This document shows positions 1 through 14,504 of a DNA stretch of 64,000 bases, one piece after another; the stretch's first letter is position 1; every line of letters begins with the position of its first letter. The notes below the pieces were generated by a model, which had not been told where the DNA came from, made no database searches, and was given only the letters and a program-made list of their open reading frames with translations. Position numbers and translations under genes: made by a program. Source of the stretch: Eledone cirrhosa. Taxonomy: Eukaryota. The DNA lies in NCBI GenBank assembly GCA_964016885.1, contig OZ024747.1, positions 18,476,001 through 18,540,000 of the forward strand. The letters run 5' to 3'.

Positions 1-142
1 CCAACAGAACTACCAACTCCTTTAATTATACTAGCAGAAAAACCGCCCTCGGGCTAGCATATGTAGTGTGCAAGTTGGTAGTGTGCATATTGGTATTATA
101 CGCAAATATATATATGTAAATTGAAAAGTAAATTGACAATAT

Positions 143-790
143 CTTCTTCTTAGCCCACTTATTTCTGAGAGGGTCGTGGAGGCAGAGTCCTTCTCAAACA
201 CTCCTTCCAGCGAGTCTGTCAGAAGCAAACATCTCTAACTGATCCAGCTGGATCCCAAAGTGTGACCAGCCAAACTCATGGATGTTATCCAACTATCTTG
301 CTCAGGGTCTACCTCTGGGTCTCTTGCCGGATGGTTTTGCCTGTAAAATGTGTCCAGCGATTCTTTACTGAGACATTCTAACCACATGATCATAATATCG
401 GTGTTGTGATATCTCAATTCGGAGAAGTAGCAGCTCTACCATGAGTGACTCTCTGGTCTCTGAGCTATGCACTTTATCGAGTAACGTTTCTCCAAAGACC
501 CTTCGGAGGAATCCCATTTCTGCCGCTTTTATTTGCAATTGTATTCTTTTGGTTATTACTCAAGATTCATGATCCTCGATAAGAGTTGGCAGGAATACCA
601 GGAAGACAGCGAGTTTGGCTTTTACACCTACCCCCTTCTTCTGATTGCTGAATGCTAAGGCTGGCGCATTACTGCATCAGCTTTTGCAATTCTTGCACTT
701 AATTCAGCCTCCTGCATTCCATCACTCATGAACACGGCTCCAAGATACTTGAACTTCTCTAACTGCTTCAGTAAAACTCCATTCACATGT
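143..790 (-). mobile_element. RTE-type LINE 3' fragment (degenerate RT C-terminus plus tail)
   Basis: Minus strand reads KFKYLGAVFMSDG near 720-760 and a degenerate ...WITSMSL.../RARWLDNIH-type C-terminus. The same 3' end recurs at about 5040-5180, 23750-23850, 25990-26290 (-) and 49690-49930 (+), most with GAA-rich tails. Confidence 0.7.
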
Positions 791-997
791 ATATAAATTT
801 GAGGGACTTCTGTCCACCCGTCCATCACACAATGTGTATGTGTGTTTGTGTGAATGTATTTGTGTGTAAAAGGAAGGAAAGGGATACACTCATATATGTC
901 TCTAACTTAAAAACAGTGACATACACTCACACATGTCTCTAAATTAAGAACACCGACAAACTCGCGCATGCACACATACACACTGTCCTATTACAAC

Positions 998-1700
998 TCA
1001 AGAGCTTTGGTCCGGGCAAACATCCTCTCAATTTTGGAGCCGTCTGGGTTGTCCAGAATTGATGGGAAAAGACTTGATGGTCTTACTCTGTGCTCCTGGT
1101 CAAGAGGCAGGTGCCTTACCTGGGACGTCACAGTTAGTGACTCTTTTGCTTCTTCCCTCATCCTGGATGCAGCGGTAAGGGCGAGAGCTACATCATCCGC
1201 AGCTGAACGGAACAACAGCCTAAAATACTGTGTTCTGTCAACTAACTACATTATCCAGCCTGTGGCGTTCGAGACGTTTGGGAGAATCGGGCTACTGACA
1301 GCGAGATTCTTATCTTCACTGGCGGCTCGCCAAACAGCGGTAAGTGGTGATGCTCGTGAGGGCACTTGGTTATTCCAGCACCTCAGCCTCGCCATTACCC
1401 CAGGTAACGCTGCGAGCCTGCTGACTTGCCTAAAAAATTATTAGAGAGGTTTCCCAGTGCTCCTCGCTATATTGCTATCTTTTGCTCTGGTAGCGTCTCG
1501 TTTATCCATTCTTTCGCCTGCATATTGTTCTGTGTGGTCTAAGATGTGGGTATTACGTGCTTGTGTATTTTTTCTCTTTCCTTTTCCTTTGTATATATTA
1601 TATTTATTAGTGTTTTCGATCTGTAATCATTATATTAAATTTTTATAAAAATGAGTTTTAAAAAAAGAGTTAAACTGTGTTGTTAATAAATAAATAAAAA
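998..1700 (+). mobile_element. CRE-like non-LTR retrotransposon 3' fragment (restriction-like endonuclease domain plus 3' UTR)
   Basis: ORF 968-1444 has EPSGLSRIDGKRLDG...WDVTV...KY...PVAFETFG...FQHLSLAI..GNA, the RLE C-terminus of CRE-type elements. An A-rich tail lies near 1685-1700. A partial tandem duplicate lies at about 1851-2230. Confidence 0.8.
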
Positions 1701-2873
1701 GCTGTACTTTTACCCTTCCATTTCCAATTCACCGAGCGCTATCATGGCTGTATGACTGTATGTGTGTGTTTGTGTAAATGTATATGTGTGAATGTGTGTT
1801 TGTGTGAATGTATATATGTGTTTGTGTGAAAGTATGTGTATTTGTGTGAATGGGACGTCACAGTTAGTGACTCTTTTGCTTCTTCCCACATCCTGGATGC
1901 AGCGGTTAGGGTGAGAGCTACAGCATCCGCAGCTGAACAGAACAAAATCCTAAAATACCGTGTTCTGTTAGCTAACTACATTATCCAGCCTATGTGATCT
2001 TAGATGTGTGTATTACGTGCTTGTGTATTTTTTTCTCTTTCTTTTTTTCGTTTTCCTTTCCTTTGTATATATTATATTTGATTGTTTTTCGGTTCTGTAA
2101 ACATTATATTAAATTATTATACAAATGAGTTTTAAAAAAAAGAGTTAAACTGTGTTGTTAATAAATAAATAAAACGTTATACTTGTTTTACCCTCCCATT
2201 TCCAATTCACCGAACGCTATCATGACTGTATGTGTGTGTTTGTGTAAATGTATGTGTGAATGTGTGTTTTTGTAAATGTATACGTGTGAAAGTATGTGTA
2301 TTTATCTGAATGTATGTCCATGAGCGTGTATTTTTATAAATTTGTGTTTGCGCGATTATAGTTATATACTCATAATAATTATATACTCATACATATAGAT
2401 GTATGTATGTATGTGCACAATCATACGCGTCAGCGTGTAGAAAATCATAATCACTCTATCTCTCTCTATCTCTCTCATCACAAACTCTCTCTTTCTATAT
2501 ATATAGTAGTTGAAGTGGTGGTGGTGGTGGCGACAATATACCGGAAGTGTAGAAATTTGAAACTTTGAAAAGAAGTCAATTTTGAATTATTTATATTTAC
2601 GAAATTTAGTAGATAAATTATGTAATATTCATTCATTATTTATTCAAAGTAATCCAACTTATTTTACTAACTGGATTAAAAGAAATAAACCGTACGCAGT
2701 CCCGCACTCCTTACTTTATTATAGTTTAGATCTTTAAGTGTCCAAGTATTCTAATATTCCTACATAAACCCTTAATTCTAAATTCTTAAACAGAATCAGC
2801 GTAACTGTGTGACATGGCTAGCACCCTTTTTTTTTTAAATTGCAGGACATTTGACTAGGAGTACAAACAGTAA

Positions 2874-3058
2874 ATAATTGTTTCTACTTTTGGCACAAGG
2901 CCAGCAATTAGTCCAGTATATTACTGGTACTATATTTTATCGACCCCGTAAGGATGAAAGGCAAAGTTAACCTCGGCGGGATTTGAACTCAGATCGTAAA
3001 GGGACGTAACTATGCTGGAAAGCATGGCGTCCGACCCTCTACCGATACTGCCAAAGCC
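2874..3058 (-). mobile_element. tRNA-derived SINE family 1 (representative copy)
   Basis: A-box-like TGGCAGTATCGG, B-box-like GAGTTCAAATCC and core GCCGAGGTTAACTTTGCCTTTCATCCTTACGGGGTCGATAAAATA. Full or partial copies at about 12300, 16920, 19030, 20360, 22620, 30070, 30870, 32860, 35845, 38306, 45070, 47403, 50405, 51490, 51663, 53535 and 58573. Confidence 0.85.
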
Positions 3059-3241
3059 CCGCAAACAATAAATAATGGAAGCGGAACACTCGCCGCCGCT
3101 GCCGCCACCACCACCACCACCACCACCACCAACAACAATGATAATAATAATTGCTTTAACAACACGGCTAATCCAACCAAACTGGCATCCTAAATATATA
3201 TTTCTTAATTGGTAACCTCTCTGTTAACTCGTTTGTTTAAC

Positions 3242-3296
<55 letters not shown>

Positions 3297-3313
3297 TATA
3301 TATATATACGTAT

Positions 3314-3393
<80 letters not shown>

Positions 3394-3525
3394 GTATATA
3401 TATGTAAGTATATTTATATATATATATATATGTGTGTGTTTGTGTGTGTCAAAAACTTGTCGAGTGCTTTATATCAGTTATAAAATATTTACTTGTTGTA
3501 TCCCAACAATTTTAAATAGAACTTT

Positions 3526-3589
<64 letters not shown>

Positions 3590-3685
3590 GGAGGTGAGTT
3601 TTATTGTAGTACAATAAAGCAATCAATATGTTGATTTAAAACTGCACTATCCACAAGTGTTTTTAACCTTCATATCATGTCTTCC

Positions 3686-3756
3686 TATTTTATCTGATGA
3701 AAACACAAATGTTATTGCATGATGATATTTGTTTTTGAAATGCGCATAATAAAATA
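3686..3756 (+). ncRNA. Type I hammerhead ribozyme, family A
   Basis: tattttat-CTGATGA-[aaacacaaatgttatt gcat gatgatatttgttttt]-GAAA-tgcgca-TA-ataaaata. Stem I is 8 bp, stem III is palindromic, AUA site. It lies in a (TA)n-flanked element at 3587-3788. Confidence 0.85.
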
Positions 3757-3811
3757 CATGGAACTCTTTTAACCATCTTTTGATCTTATATATATATATA
3801 TATATATATAT

Positions 3812-4339
3812 AGATTTAGAATTTATGTTGGTTGTATACCAACACCTCAGTATGCAGGCTGGAGCACTCGACGAAGTGCGCAGGTTGGTTTGGTTACTCC
3901 GGAGTAGTGTAAAATAAAGTTAAATAAAAGTCAAATGATTAAAATTTGGCTTCGTTTATTACTGCTATATATATTTCAGTGACAGCCATCTTTGGCTGTG
4001 ACCTCTTCAGGCAGTTTGAATTAGTATGGTATAGACAAGTACATATGTTGTTTAGGTGTATGATATTGTCAATACTCTGATATGCCCAGTTCCTTGTTGG
4101 GTTGTTAATTCACTGGGGAACTCATATGACTCCAGTTCCCCAGTGAATTAACAACCCAACAAGGAACTGGGCATATCAGAGTATTGACAATATCATACAC
4201 CTAAACAATATATGTACTTGTCTATACCATACTAATTCAAACTGCCTGAAGAGGTCACAGCCAAAGATGGCTGTCACTGAAATATATATAGCAGTAATAA
4301 ACGAAGCCAAATTTTAATCATTTGACTTTTATTTAACTT

Positions 4340-4346
<7 letters not shown>
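3812..4346. mobile_element. Fold-back HHR element, family B: 213-bp inverted arms in (TA)n
   Basis: Arms 3910-4122 and 4134-4346 with an 11-nt loop, unique extension 3812-3909, (TA)n on both sides. Confidence 0.9.
4241..4295 (+). ncRNA. Type I hammerhead ribozyme, family B (mirror copy 3961-4015, -)
   Basis: actgc-CTGAAGA-[ggtcacagcc aaagat ggctgtcact]-GAAA-tatata-TA-gcagt, followed immediately by AATAAA. Confidence 0.88.
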
Positions 4347-4381
<35 letters not shown>

Positions 4382-4583
4382 ATACTATTTGTAGTTATGT
4401 ATATAGTATAAACAACCACAAACAGGAAGGTCAGTAATTTCTTAATAACCTTATTACCAGTAAGGGAATAAATTATGTATATATGTCGGGGTCCTACTCG
4501 TTCCTATTACCCACTCTACTACCCTAAGTATTGAGTACTTTGGTGCGTTATGCTCCACCTGGTTCCTTACCACATTTCCTTCG

Positions 4584-4618
<35 letters not shown>

Positions 4619-4715
4619 ATTTATATATATTAAATATATATGCGTTCATAAGCATACTGCATGCGTATGCATGTATGTTTGTTTGTTTGTTTGTATGTAT
4701 GTATGCATTTATGTA

Positions 4716-4762
<47 letters not shown>

Positions 4763-5665
4763 GATACATCTGTTTTCTATTCTGAATGTTGTGTCAATCT
4801 GCAGTGAACCCCACCCCTCCATAAAAACACCACCACAGGACGTTTGGTGGTGCTGATGATGATGGTGGTTTACAGGTTTGATAATTCTAGGAGTCACCCA
4901 GTCATCATACACATCTGTTACACGTTAACAATTCCTGTAACCCTTTACTTCCCTTCCTCTCGTTTTCCTCCTCCTCCTCCCCCCTTCTTTTCACTTCCTC
5001 CTCCTCCCCTTTCTTTCTTTCTTTCTTTCTTCTTCTTCTTCTTCTTCTTCTTCTTGAGAAGGTCGTGGTGACAGAGTCCTGTCAGTAGCAACCGTCTCCA
5101 ATTGATCCAGCTGTATCCCCAACAAGCAGTACCAACCGAGCTCATGGACGTTATTCAACCATCTTGCTCGGGGCCTGCAGTGACGAGAGTTGTGGGTTGT
5201 TATGAACTGTCACATGATTTATCGTGGGAGAATATGGACTGTGTAATAGAAACCATAAGAAGTCTCGTTTGTTTGTCAATTTGTAAGGTGAGATTATTTA
5301 ATTCAGGAAGATGGAGTGCATTACCGGAAGAAGGGCGCGCTCATTGTAAACTAACACAGGGTGCTATACACACAGACGCTGCCCCTTTGTATATATGTAC
5401 ATATTTTGTAATTCCTGTGAATAAAGTTTTTTGGACCCTGGTGGCCAATAAAGAAAAATAATTATCATTACTACTGTTGTTATTGTTAAACATATTCTTG
5501 TTTCTACATATGGTATGTATTTTTGACACTAAAGCAGTTTTGATGAAGTTAAGACGACATACTCGAAGAATACTTTGTTGGGTGACAATCCCTCTCCGCC
5601 TATAAAATGATTACCTCCCTTAAAAAATAAATGAATAAAAATACTTAATAGGCATAAACAATAGG

Positions 5666-5707
<42 letters not shown>

Positions 5708-6992
5708 GTAGAACACTAGAGGGAATATCCGTAGTACATACCGATGGTGAACTAACTGTTGTGGAACTACTTATATATATACAATATGATTTGTACATTT
5801 GCTTGGTAACAAGGGAAGAGACAATCAGATAGAGAAACTCATACACACTCATATGTAGTTGTTGAGGATTCTGATCTTGTCTTATTTTCGTTTTATTTTC
5901 GTTTTAATTCAGGATTAGTATATGAAGGACCACGTTCTCCACTATGTACATTGTGTTTTTTTAAAGACTGTAGGTTATGAGTTGGTGAATATTCAACGTA
6001 TATTTCTAGCAGACTTAGTACTAGCGAAGATATTCCCTCGTTAGCTCTTATTTGATAGCTCCGACGGTATCCAACAAAATGTCTTCACAAACATATTTAA
6101 CGTAAAAAGGAAAATAAATAAATTTGCATCTGCTATTGAGAAACAAATTTAGAAATCTAGTTTCTTTCTCCATTAAGAAACATCTGGTCAGAGTTAGTTA
6201 GATTGAGAAAATAAACTATATTTTTACTTTCCATTTTTTTGTCTTTTTCTCCCCAAACAAAGGCATCTTATATTTTAGAGGAAACGCTACTTTCAACAAT
6301 TTAGTTTATTTCTGTAAGAAATTTCGTTGAAATTGTTGATTTGTCTTTATTGGTGAACATTAATTACACCGAAGTTGCGTGTTTTCGCTACATATGTTTT
6401 ACATTGATGTTAATAACATAGAACATGTTAACAGTTTATATCACAGTCTAGTATCAGAGATAACTAAACGTCCGCCAAGAACGAAACCAAAGGAACATTA
6501 CTCACTGTCCACTGGCATTCCACATGTTTTTGCTGTAAGTCATGAAACATACATACACAGACCCGTAACTCGTAATAGAGTCGTAGGGGTGCTGTAGTGA
6601 CATACAGCGTCTCTTGGGTATTTTAAACATGACTGAGTTCATCCCTTCTCCAGGTTTAAATACACACAATTTCTTCCAGAGAGAAAGACAGTGGGAGAGA
6701 GAGGAAGAGAGAGAGGGAGGGAGAGGGAGAGAGAGAGCAGACGATTACTAGACTCGTACTTTTTATGTATTTAATGAATAAAAAAAGGTGGGCGAAGATA
6801 ACGAAAAAACGGATGAAACAGAGGGCAGTCGCTGCTCATTAGTCGACCGCTGAAGGTCCGTTGTTTCGATGCTTTAAAGTCGATACAACTGGCCCCAGGG
6901 TACATGGGACCGTAACAAATGGACACAAGACAGGATGATTGGTCTTTCGACTATTTACAAATAAGATAGAATGTCTTTATTACTGCATATGT

Positions 6993-7114
<122 letters not shown>

Positions 7115-7115
7115 G

Positions 7116-7224
<109 letters not shown>

Positions 7225-7257
7225 ATATATATATATATATATACATACATATATGTA

Positions 7258-7868
7258 TGTCAGGTCACCAGATGGTGCTACTGGTAACATGTATCCCAGT
7301 ACAACCTGTCTCATGGTCGGGTCGTTGGCGACTAAACTGGCAACCCCACCAAGGTTTCTTGGTGAGGAGGGTGACTTTGGACATCCTGCAGGACTAAAAA
7401 CAAAACCTGTCAAAGGGCAAGGGAGCTCTTAAGAGTCAATAGCCATCCAAAATCACTGGGAGAGATGACCCCTTAGCCTTTGTCAAGGCAGAATTCTAGG
7501 AGAAGGAAAACTCTGATATAACACCTGCAACCCTGATGGTAGCCAATGATGTTGACTTGTTCTTCTTTTTGGTAAATATCATCTTGGTTAAGAGAGTGGG
7601 ACTGGCTTTGTGCAGTGCCTTTGCTCACTATAAAAGCTTCACGGCACAGGCATTGCTTTATATCTGGAGATCTCTCTGCACTTGTCATCACATGGTACCA
7701 TGGGCCCTGCACTATGTGTCAATAATGGTCACAAGTGTAGTCTTTGTACCAGAGTTTTCAAGTCGCTGGCTGGACTAAAAAGTCACATTCGTTCAGCGCA
7801 TCGGTAGGTGTTCTCCTACATGGATATAAAGTAGTGGCCGTACTCGAAAACGAGTTGGCAGCCACCAT
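7258..7868 (+). mobile_element. Interspersed repeat, probably derived from an RTE-type LINE 5' region
   Basis: Reverse-complement copies at 37731-37905 and 56045-56445. Contains TCTAGGAGAAGGAAAACTCTG, reminiscent of RTE 5' UTRs. Each copy abuts a microsatellite. Confidence 0.5.
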
Positions 7869-7881
7869 ATATATATATATT

Positions 7882-7912
<31 letters not shown>

Positions 7913-8257
7913 GTATATATTTCGTTTCTGAATTTATTTAGCAAGATTCTTTATCTGAAATCGTCTGGTTGTGGAATCAACCAACCAACCGGAAATTTAT
8001 AAATTCCTAAATTTATAAATTTAATTCATAATAAATTGAAGTGAAAGCAACTGGTGCGTGTGTTTCTTATTGGCAACATGACCCTCCCGAAGCATAACAA
8101 TATATGTATATATATATGTATATATGTATATATATATATATATATATTTATATATGTATAAATATATATGTATATATATGTATATATAAATATATATGTA
8201 TATATATAAATATATATATATATAATGTATATATATATGTATATATAAATATATATG

Positions 8258-8408
<151 letters not shown>

Positions 8409-8671
8409 TCCTACGGACTATGTGTAGGCTTCTACATAACCTGGACATTATTTTCCCAATTTGTAGAAAACTTATAATGAAACGATCGTTTGTAAAGAGA
8501 GATGTATTTTAATTATGTCTCATATAAAATAATACAACTGGCTATCCGCAAAATACGTATAGTTAGCACCCCAAACGTATAATTGGGTTTATACTAAGGT
8601 ATATCCTAATGTTTGTTGAGTGAGACGGAAGCCGGTCGGAGTATTGCTTAAAGCTTTCTCTGTTAATGTAT

Positions 8672-8780
<109 letters not shown>

Positions 8781-8806
8781 TTATATATATACGCACTCAT
8801 ATCAGT

Positions 8807-9695
8807 ATTGTCGAACCTCATTAACATAATATTGTCCAACCTCATTAACATAAAATTATCTTACCTCACTAACATAAAATTATTTTACCTCATTAACATA
8901 ATATTGACCAACCTCGTTAACATATTATTGTCCAACCTCATTAACATAATATTTTCCTTCCTCATTAACATAATATTGTCCAATCTCATTAACATAAAAT
9001 TATGTTACCTCATTAACATAAAATTATCTTACCTCATTAACATAATATTGACCAACCTCATTAACATAAAATTATCTTTTCTCATTAACATAAAATTATT
9101 TTACCTCATTAACATAAGATTATCTTATCTCATTAACATAAAGCTATCTTACCTCATTAACATAAACGTATTTTACCTCAATAACATAATATTGTCCAAC
9201 CTCATTAACATAAAATTATCTTACCTCATTAACATAAAATTATCTTACCTCATTAACATAAAATTATTTTACCTCAATAACATAATATTGTCCAACCTCA
9301 TAAACATAAAATTATCTTACCTCATTAACATAAGATTATTTTACCTCACTAACTTAAAATTATCTTACCTCATTAACATAAAATTATCTTACCTCATTAA
9401 CATAAAATTATCTTACCTCATTAATATAAAATTATTTTACCTCATTAACATAATATTGTCCAACGTCATTAACATTATATTTTCCTACCTCATTAACATA
9501 AAACTATCTTACCTCATTAACATAAAATTATTTTACCTCATTAACATAAAATTATCTTACCTCATTAACATAAAATTATTTTACCTCATTAACATAATAT
9601 TGTCCAACCTCATTAACATAAGATTGTCCAACCACATTAACCTAAAATAATCTTACCTCATTAACATAATATTGTCAACCTCATTAACATAACAT
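8807..9695. repeat. 24-bp minisatellite (about 36 units)
   Basis: Unit ctcattaacataaaattatcttac, with variant ctcattaacataatattgtccaac. Confidence 0.95.
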
Positions 9696-10402
9696 TATTG
9701 GGATAGGAAAAATATCTGCATTTCAATATTACTCAATGTAAAATGTAATACATGAAAAGTCGGAAAACATTAATAATATACATTTGTAATATATCAAATC
9801 AAAATTACATTATTAAATCTTATTCTTATTTTGTTTCTTGTAAATAATTTTTTTCAAAATATCAATTCAAATCTTTTGTGAATAGGCATCATATGTTGTC
9901 ATTTATCTATGGTTTAAATTTCATATACATAGAAGGGAAAACATTTCAGCGGGGATTTGTGCCTCCGGGGAACGCTAATAGGGGGTTTAACCCCCATTAG
10001 GGTGTCTTAATATTATTGAAATTTGTTGAAATTTTGTGAATAGGCATCATATGTTGGCATTTACCTATGGTTTAAATTTCATATAAATCGAAATGAAAAA
10101 ACTTTCAGCGGGGGTTTGTGCCTCAGGGAACCCTTTGATTACAATGAAATATACTTATCCAAGTACCCTGTGCCAATGTAGTTTCAGAATATATATGGTT
10201 ATGGGGATCTATCTCCAAAACCATAGGAGTAGTTCGTGAACAAACAAACAGACAGGAACACAACTTTATATATATATATATATATATAGTAATAATAATA
10301 AATTTGAAGACTAAAATCCAAAGAGGGCTCGATAAGGATAAATATATATCAAATATATAAGAAAATCTGTTATTTTAATAAATATATATATATATATATA
10401 TA

Positions 10403-10723
10403 TATAACAACTAGAAATTGATTAACATATAAATAAACACATGAATAATCACATATTATAAGGTATCTATTTTTGAAGTTCTAGTTAACTTTATTTAGTT
10501 ACCTACCTAGCTATGTGTGCTTACACACTTGTAAAAATTATCTCCTGTGATTATTCATGTGTTTATTTATATGTTAATCAATTTCTAGTTGTTATAAAAT
10601 GCTCGGACCTATTCATTAGAATCTTAGAGCTTATTTTGCGGGTGATATGGCGCATGCCTTTCTGGCATGACACCCATAATTTTGATTTAGATTAAATTCA
10701 TTTTGATTTATCTTAATTTTGGA
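10403..10723. mobile_element. (TA)n-flanked inverted-repeat element (51-bp arms)
   Basis: Arms 10403-10453 and 10546-10596, unique extension to about 10723. No intact HHR core found. Confidence 0.75.
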
Positions 10724-10785
10724 TATATATATATATATTAGTTTTGCCAGGTTTTTGATATGAAATCGTGTGTCGAAACAAATAT

Positions 10786-11025
10786 TATTATACTTGGGGA
10801 GGGTCATATTTGTGTAATATTGCCAGAATTAATAACAGAACACACTCACTGTTTGGTTGGTTTTCGCTTTTCGCTTCTGTGTTATAAAATGTGTTATTTC
10901 GCTTATAAAATGTGTTATTTCGAAATAAACACAGAAGCGAAAAGCGAAAACCAACCAAACAGTGAGTGTGTTCTGTTATTAATTCTGGCAATATTACACA
11001 AATATGACCCTCCCCAAGTATAATA
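10786..11025. mobile_element. Fold-back element family D (98-bp arms)
   Basis: Arms 10786-10883 and 10928-11025. The loop holds a duplicated ataaaatgtgttatttcg. Related ends at 59776-59826 and about 8050-8100. Confidence 0.85.
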
Positions 11026-14000
11026 TATATATATATATATATTAAAAATATTAAAAGGGAACAAGGAACCAGTATTGCATCATTTACACATTTAATTACA
11101 TTACATATGTTCCACTGCCGATCAGCTCGAGGAACGATCGATTAATGTTTGATCCTGACTGTGGAATCGAAGTCTCCTCAGATATGTGTTCACATGTAGA
11201 CGCACGTCCAATATACAACGTGTGTGTGTTTTAATGAATTATATCTATTTAAAAGGAAACCTATTTTGAATCTATGTCGTAAATGTAAAGTACACCTCGC
11301 GTCAAGGGAATTGATATTCTAGGGAAATTATTGCTTTCTCATTCACCATCAATGGACCAATAAAGCTTTGCATTTATTACTGAATTTCCTTTCAGAAATT
11401 ATCTCCTTTCTGTACATCCGTTTCTACTATGTTTCGATTCTTTCTGTTTGAAAGACTCTGAGACTATTGATGCTCTATTTCCATAAATTATCTGGTTTAA
11501 AAGATTTGAAGTAAAACCCATGGGAATTTCTCCTACTCGTTTTAATATTTCTGTTTTTACACCACTTTCCAAGCGACGGGGGAATCCTTCATCAGCAAGC
11601 TTACTCGATATGTTAGAAATAGCGGCTAAATGTTCTCCAAATCACGGCCTACTGTCTTAAAAAGTAGAATGCGTAAAATATCGGCATGGTGCCGGTTGGA
11701 ATGCTTTTGATCATACCTCTGTTCGATCAGGGTTTACTTCAATAACAATAACAGTACCAGCACCATTACCCGTAGCAGACCTGTCAACTCTTCCCGTCCG
11801 ATGAGGAGATCTCCATCCACATTGGGGTGGGTGAGAGATATCTATGAAATAGGTATAGCTTTCATTATATAAAATCTCTCCATTTTGCCTCATTTCTCCC
11901 CGTTTTGAGGCACCTTTTTTCATGTTACTCCTTGTTTGGAATTTTAGAGGTTGGCAGGTCTGCAATAGTACCAGTATTACCTCCAGCAATAGCAGTAGTC
12001 TAATGAACTATGTGTTTCTTAGACTAATAGGATTGTATAGCAGAGTATCAAGAATAGTTTGGCATAAAACTAATTCTTATTGCTTATGCATTATCACAGA
12101 ATGTTTGGCCCAGTTAGGTAGGATGACTTGCTAATACTCTTTTGATTGTAGGTTGAGCCCAACATAGTGGGGTGGTTCGATCCTACTGCATGGCATCTTA
12201 AGCAAGTGTCTTTTACTGTAGCTTCCTTCAAGACAATCTATGCTTTGTGAGTAAAATTAGGTGGACGGAAACTTTTTAGAAGCTCGTCGAAACCTAGCTT
12301 ATAATTGTTTCTAATTTAAGCACAAGACCAGCAATTCGAGGGGAGGAGGAAGTCGATTAAATCGGCCCCAGTGCATTACTGGTACTCCGTAAGGATGAAA
12401 GGCAAAGTTAACCTCGGTGGTATTTGAACTCAGCCAATAATTGTTTCTACTTTATTAATCTATTCAACAGAAGTTTAACAGTACAACGATTCATAGAAAC
12501 AATTCAAAGAATTTCTCTTCGAACATAATAAGATTTAAAAGTTGACCATGAACCAGTTTTTTTCTTCGAACATATCTATCATATATTCCATCCTGTATTC
12601 TTCCTACTGAATTTCTTTAATCTTGTAAAGCGATCTATAACTCTTCACTCTACTTCTATAAGACCACAGTATCTACTACTGCCTGTACCATCTCAGTTAC
12701 AGTTCTTCAGTAACCAAACTAATTAGTTTAATTTAGTTTCCAGTCTAATGAACAAGAGATAAAGATGTCATCGTATTACATTTCAATTATTTGCTTTCGA
12801 AGAGTTTTCAACACCAATGAGAGAGCCAATGCACGGTCGCTCAACAAGCTAGGAATAATAGCCAAATCTCCTTAAAATTAAAATTTCCCGTCATATAGGA
12901 AGAACACATTCAATAATCTAATCCTACATACATTATGTATGAAAATGGGATGGAAGGGTGTGGTCACGACTTGAATACCTTTTATCATAGGTCTGCTTTA
13001 TCAGGGTAGATTGGGGTTAAAAAAACAAATACACATCAATTCCTTATCTTATCAGTTATCAAAGAACCACACCATTTGCCAGAGTCTGTTTTAAATTATT
13101 CCATTGCTAGGTGGTCTGGAATGTTCTAATGGAGAAATCGATCTTTGTATACAAATATAAAATAAACAGAATTAGGGAACGTCGTGCGGTCATTCGATAT
13201 GTCAGAAATAGCAGTTACTTCTCTTGCAAATCAAACTATACCATCTTAAAATGGAAGGACACAATGACTAATGCAAGAAAATTGAATATTTGTCGTGGGC
13301 GCGCATACCTATATAACGATACACAACAGGTCAATACTTCTGTCAGCAAATCAGCATTATAATGCCACAAACAGTTGTGATTCTTTTGTTACTATGCCCT
13401 TCATTCATATTGACTTTACACCATATAATCATTAATCGATCGACGTGGTTGATTGTGGGATGACCCCCACCGCCTCTCTCTCTCTCTCACACACACGACA
13501 CACACACACACTATGTCATATTATTGTGAAATACATTACAGAGACTTTATATGTATTGCCGTACTTCAGTCTCTTTATTTTAGCAGAATAGTATCAGCAT
13601 TAGCTAGGCTTTAACTTTACCTCAAACTGGCGTCCCATTCAAATCTCATGTTATCTTTGGGAAATAATCGAGATCAGGGCTTTATTTTGATGGCTACTAA
13701 TATCGAAGGTGACAATTAATTTTCTTTATACATTATATTATACATGACAAAAAGTACTTTATTAGAAATCCCATACGTTATAAAATAAATAGGATGGGTT
13801 GGGGTCTCAATATGTAAACTAAACCACTAATTTCGGTCTTTTCAAAAATCAACGGAGACAACCTAGAAAAATTACCGATTTTCCAATTCTCTGCTTATCT
13901 CCTCTCCCTCACTTACCCCTCTCCCCTCGCTTATTCCAACTCCCCCGCTATTCCAGCTTATTCACCCCACCTCCCCCGCCTCCCGCTTATTCACCCCACC

Positions 14001-14448
14001 TCCTATTATTTGGGACCCGAGAATACTTCACGAGTTACTAGTCACATTATAGTCTGACTAAACGATAACAAACAATATTTAGAAGAATATTTTGTAATAT
14101 AAACCGCAATCACTTGTACTTCTTTTCTGTCACCCTTACTTTTTTTTACAGTAATTTGATATCGATGCGTCAGATTCCAATCATATTTTGACACTAATAT
14201 CTTTGAAGAAAGACTCCCTCAGGGCGGCATATGGCGTCAGAGAATAAATTAGAGCACAAGTATTCAGCTACCCAAAATTGAGAAGAAATTTATGATTTAT
14301 TATTTCTATTTAACAATGGCAGAAGCTGATTTGTAAGGTCACACAGACACAGACACAAATCCACACACACTATATATATGTATAATACACACACACACAC
14401 ACATATATATACATACATACACACACACATATATATATATATTTATAT

Positions 14449-14503
<55 letters not shown>

Positions 14504-14504
14504 A

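Noticed and set aside
2874-3058. tRNA genes in A/B-box sequences
   Set aside because: They are dispersed SINE heads without a complete cloverleaf.
8808-9650. 280-aa Leu/Ile/Asn ORF resembling a leucine-rich repeat
   Set aside because: It is a by-product of a 24-bp minisatellite.
11200-11580. Possible GIY-YIG C-terminus on the minus strand, upstream of the 11098 HHR-like motif
   Set aside because: Too many stops and frameshifts to support by eye.
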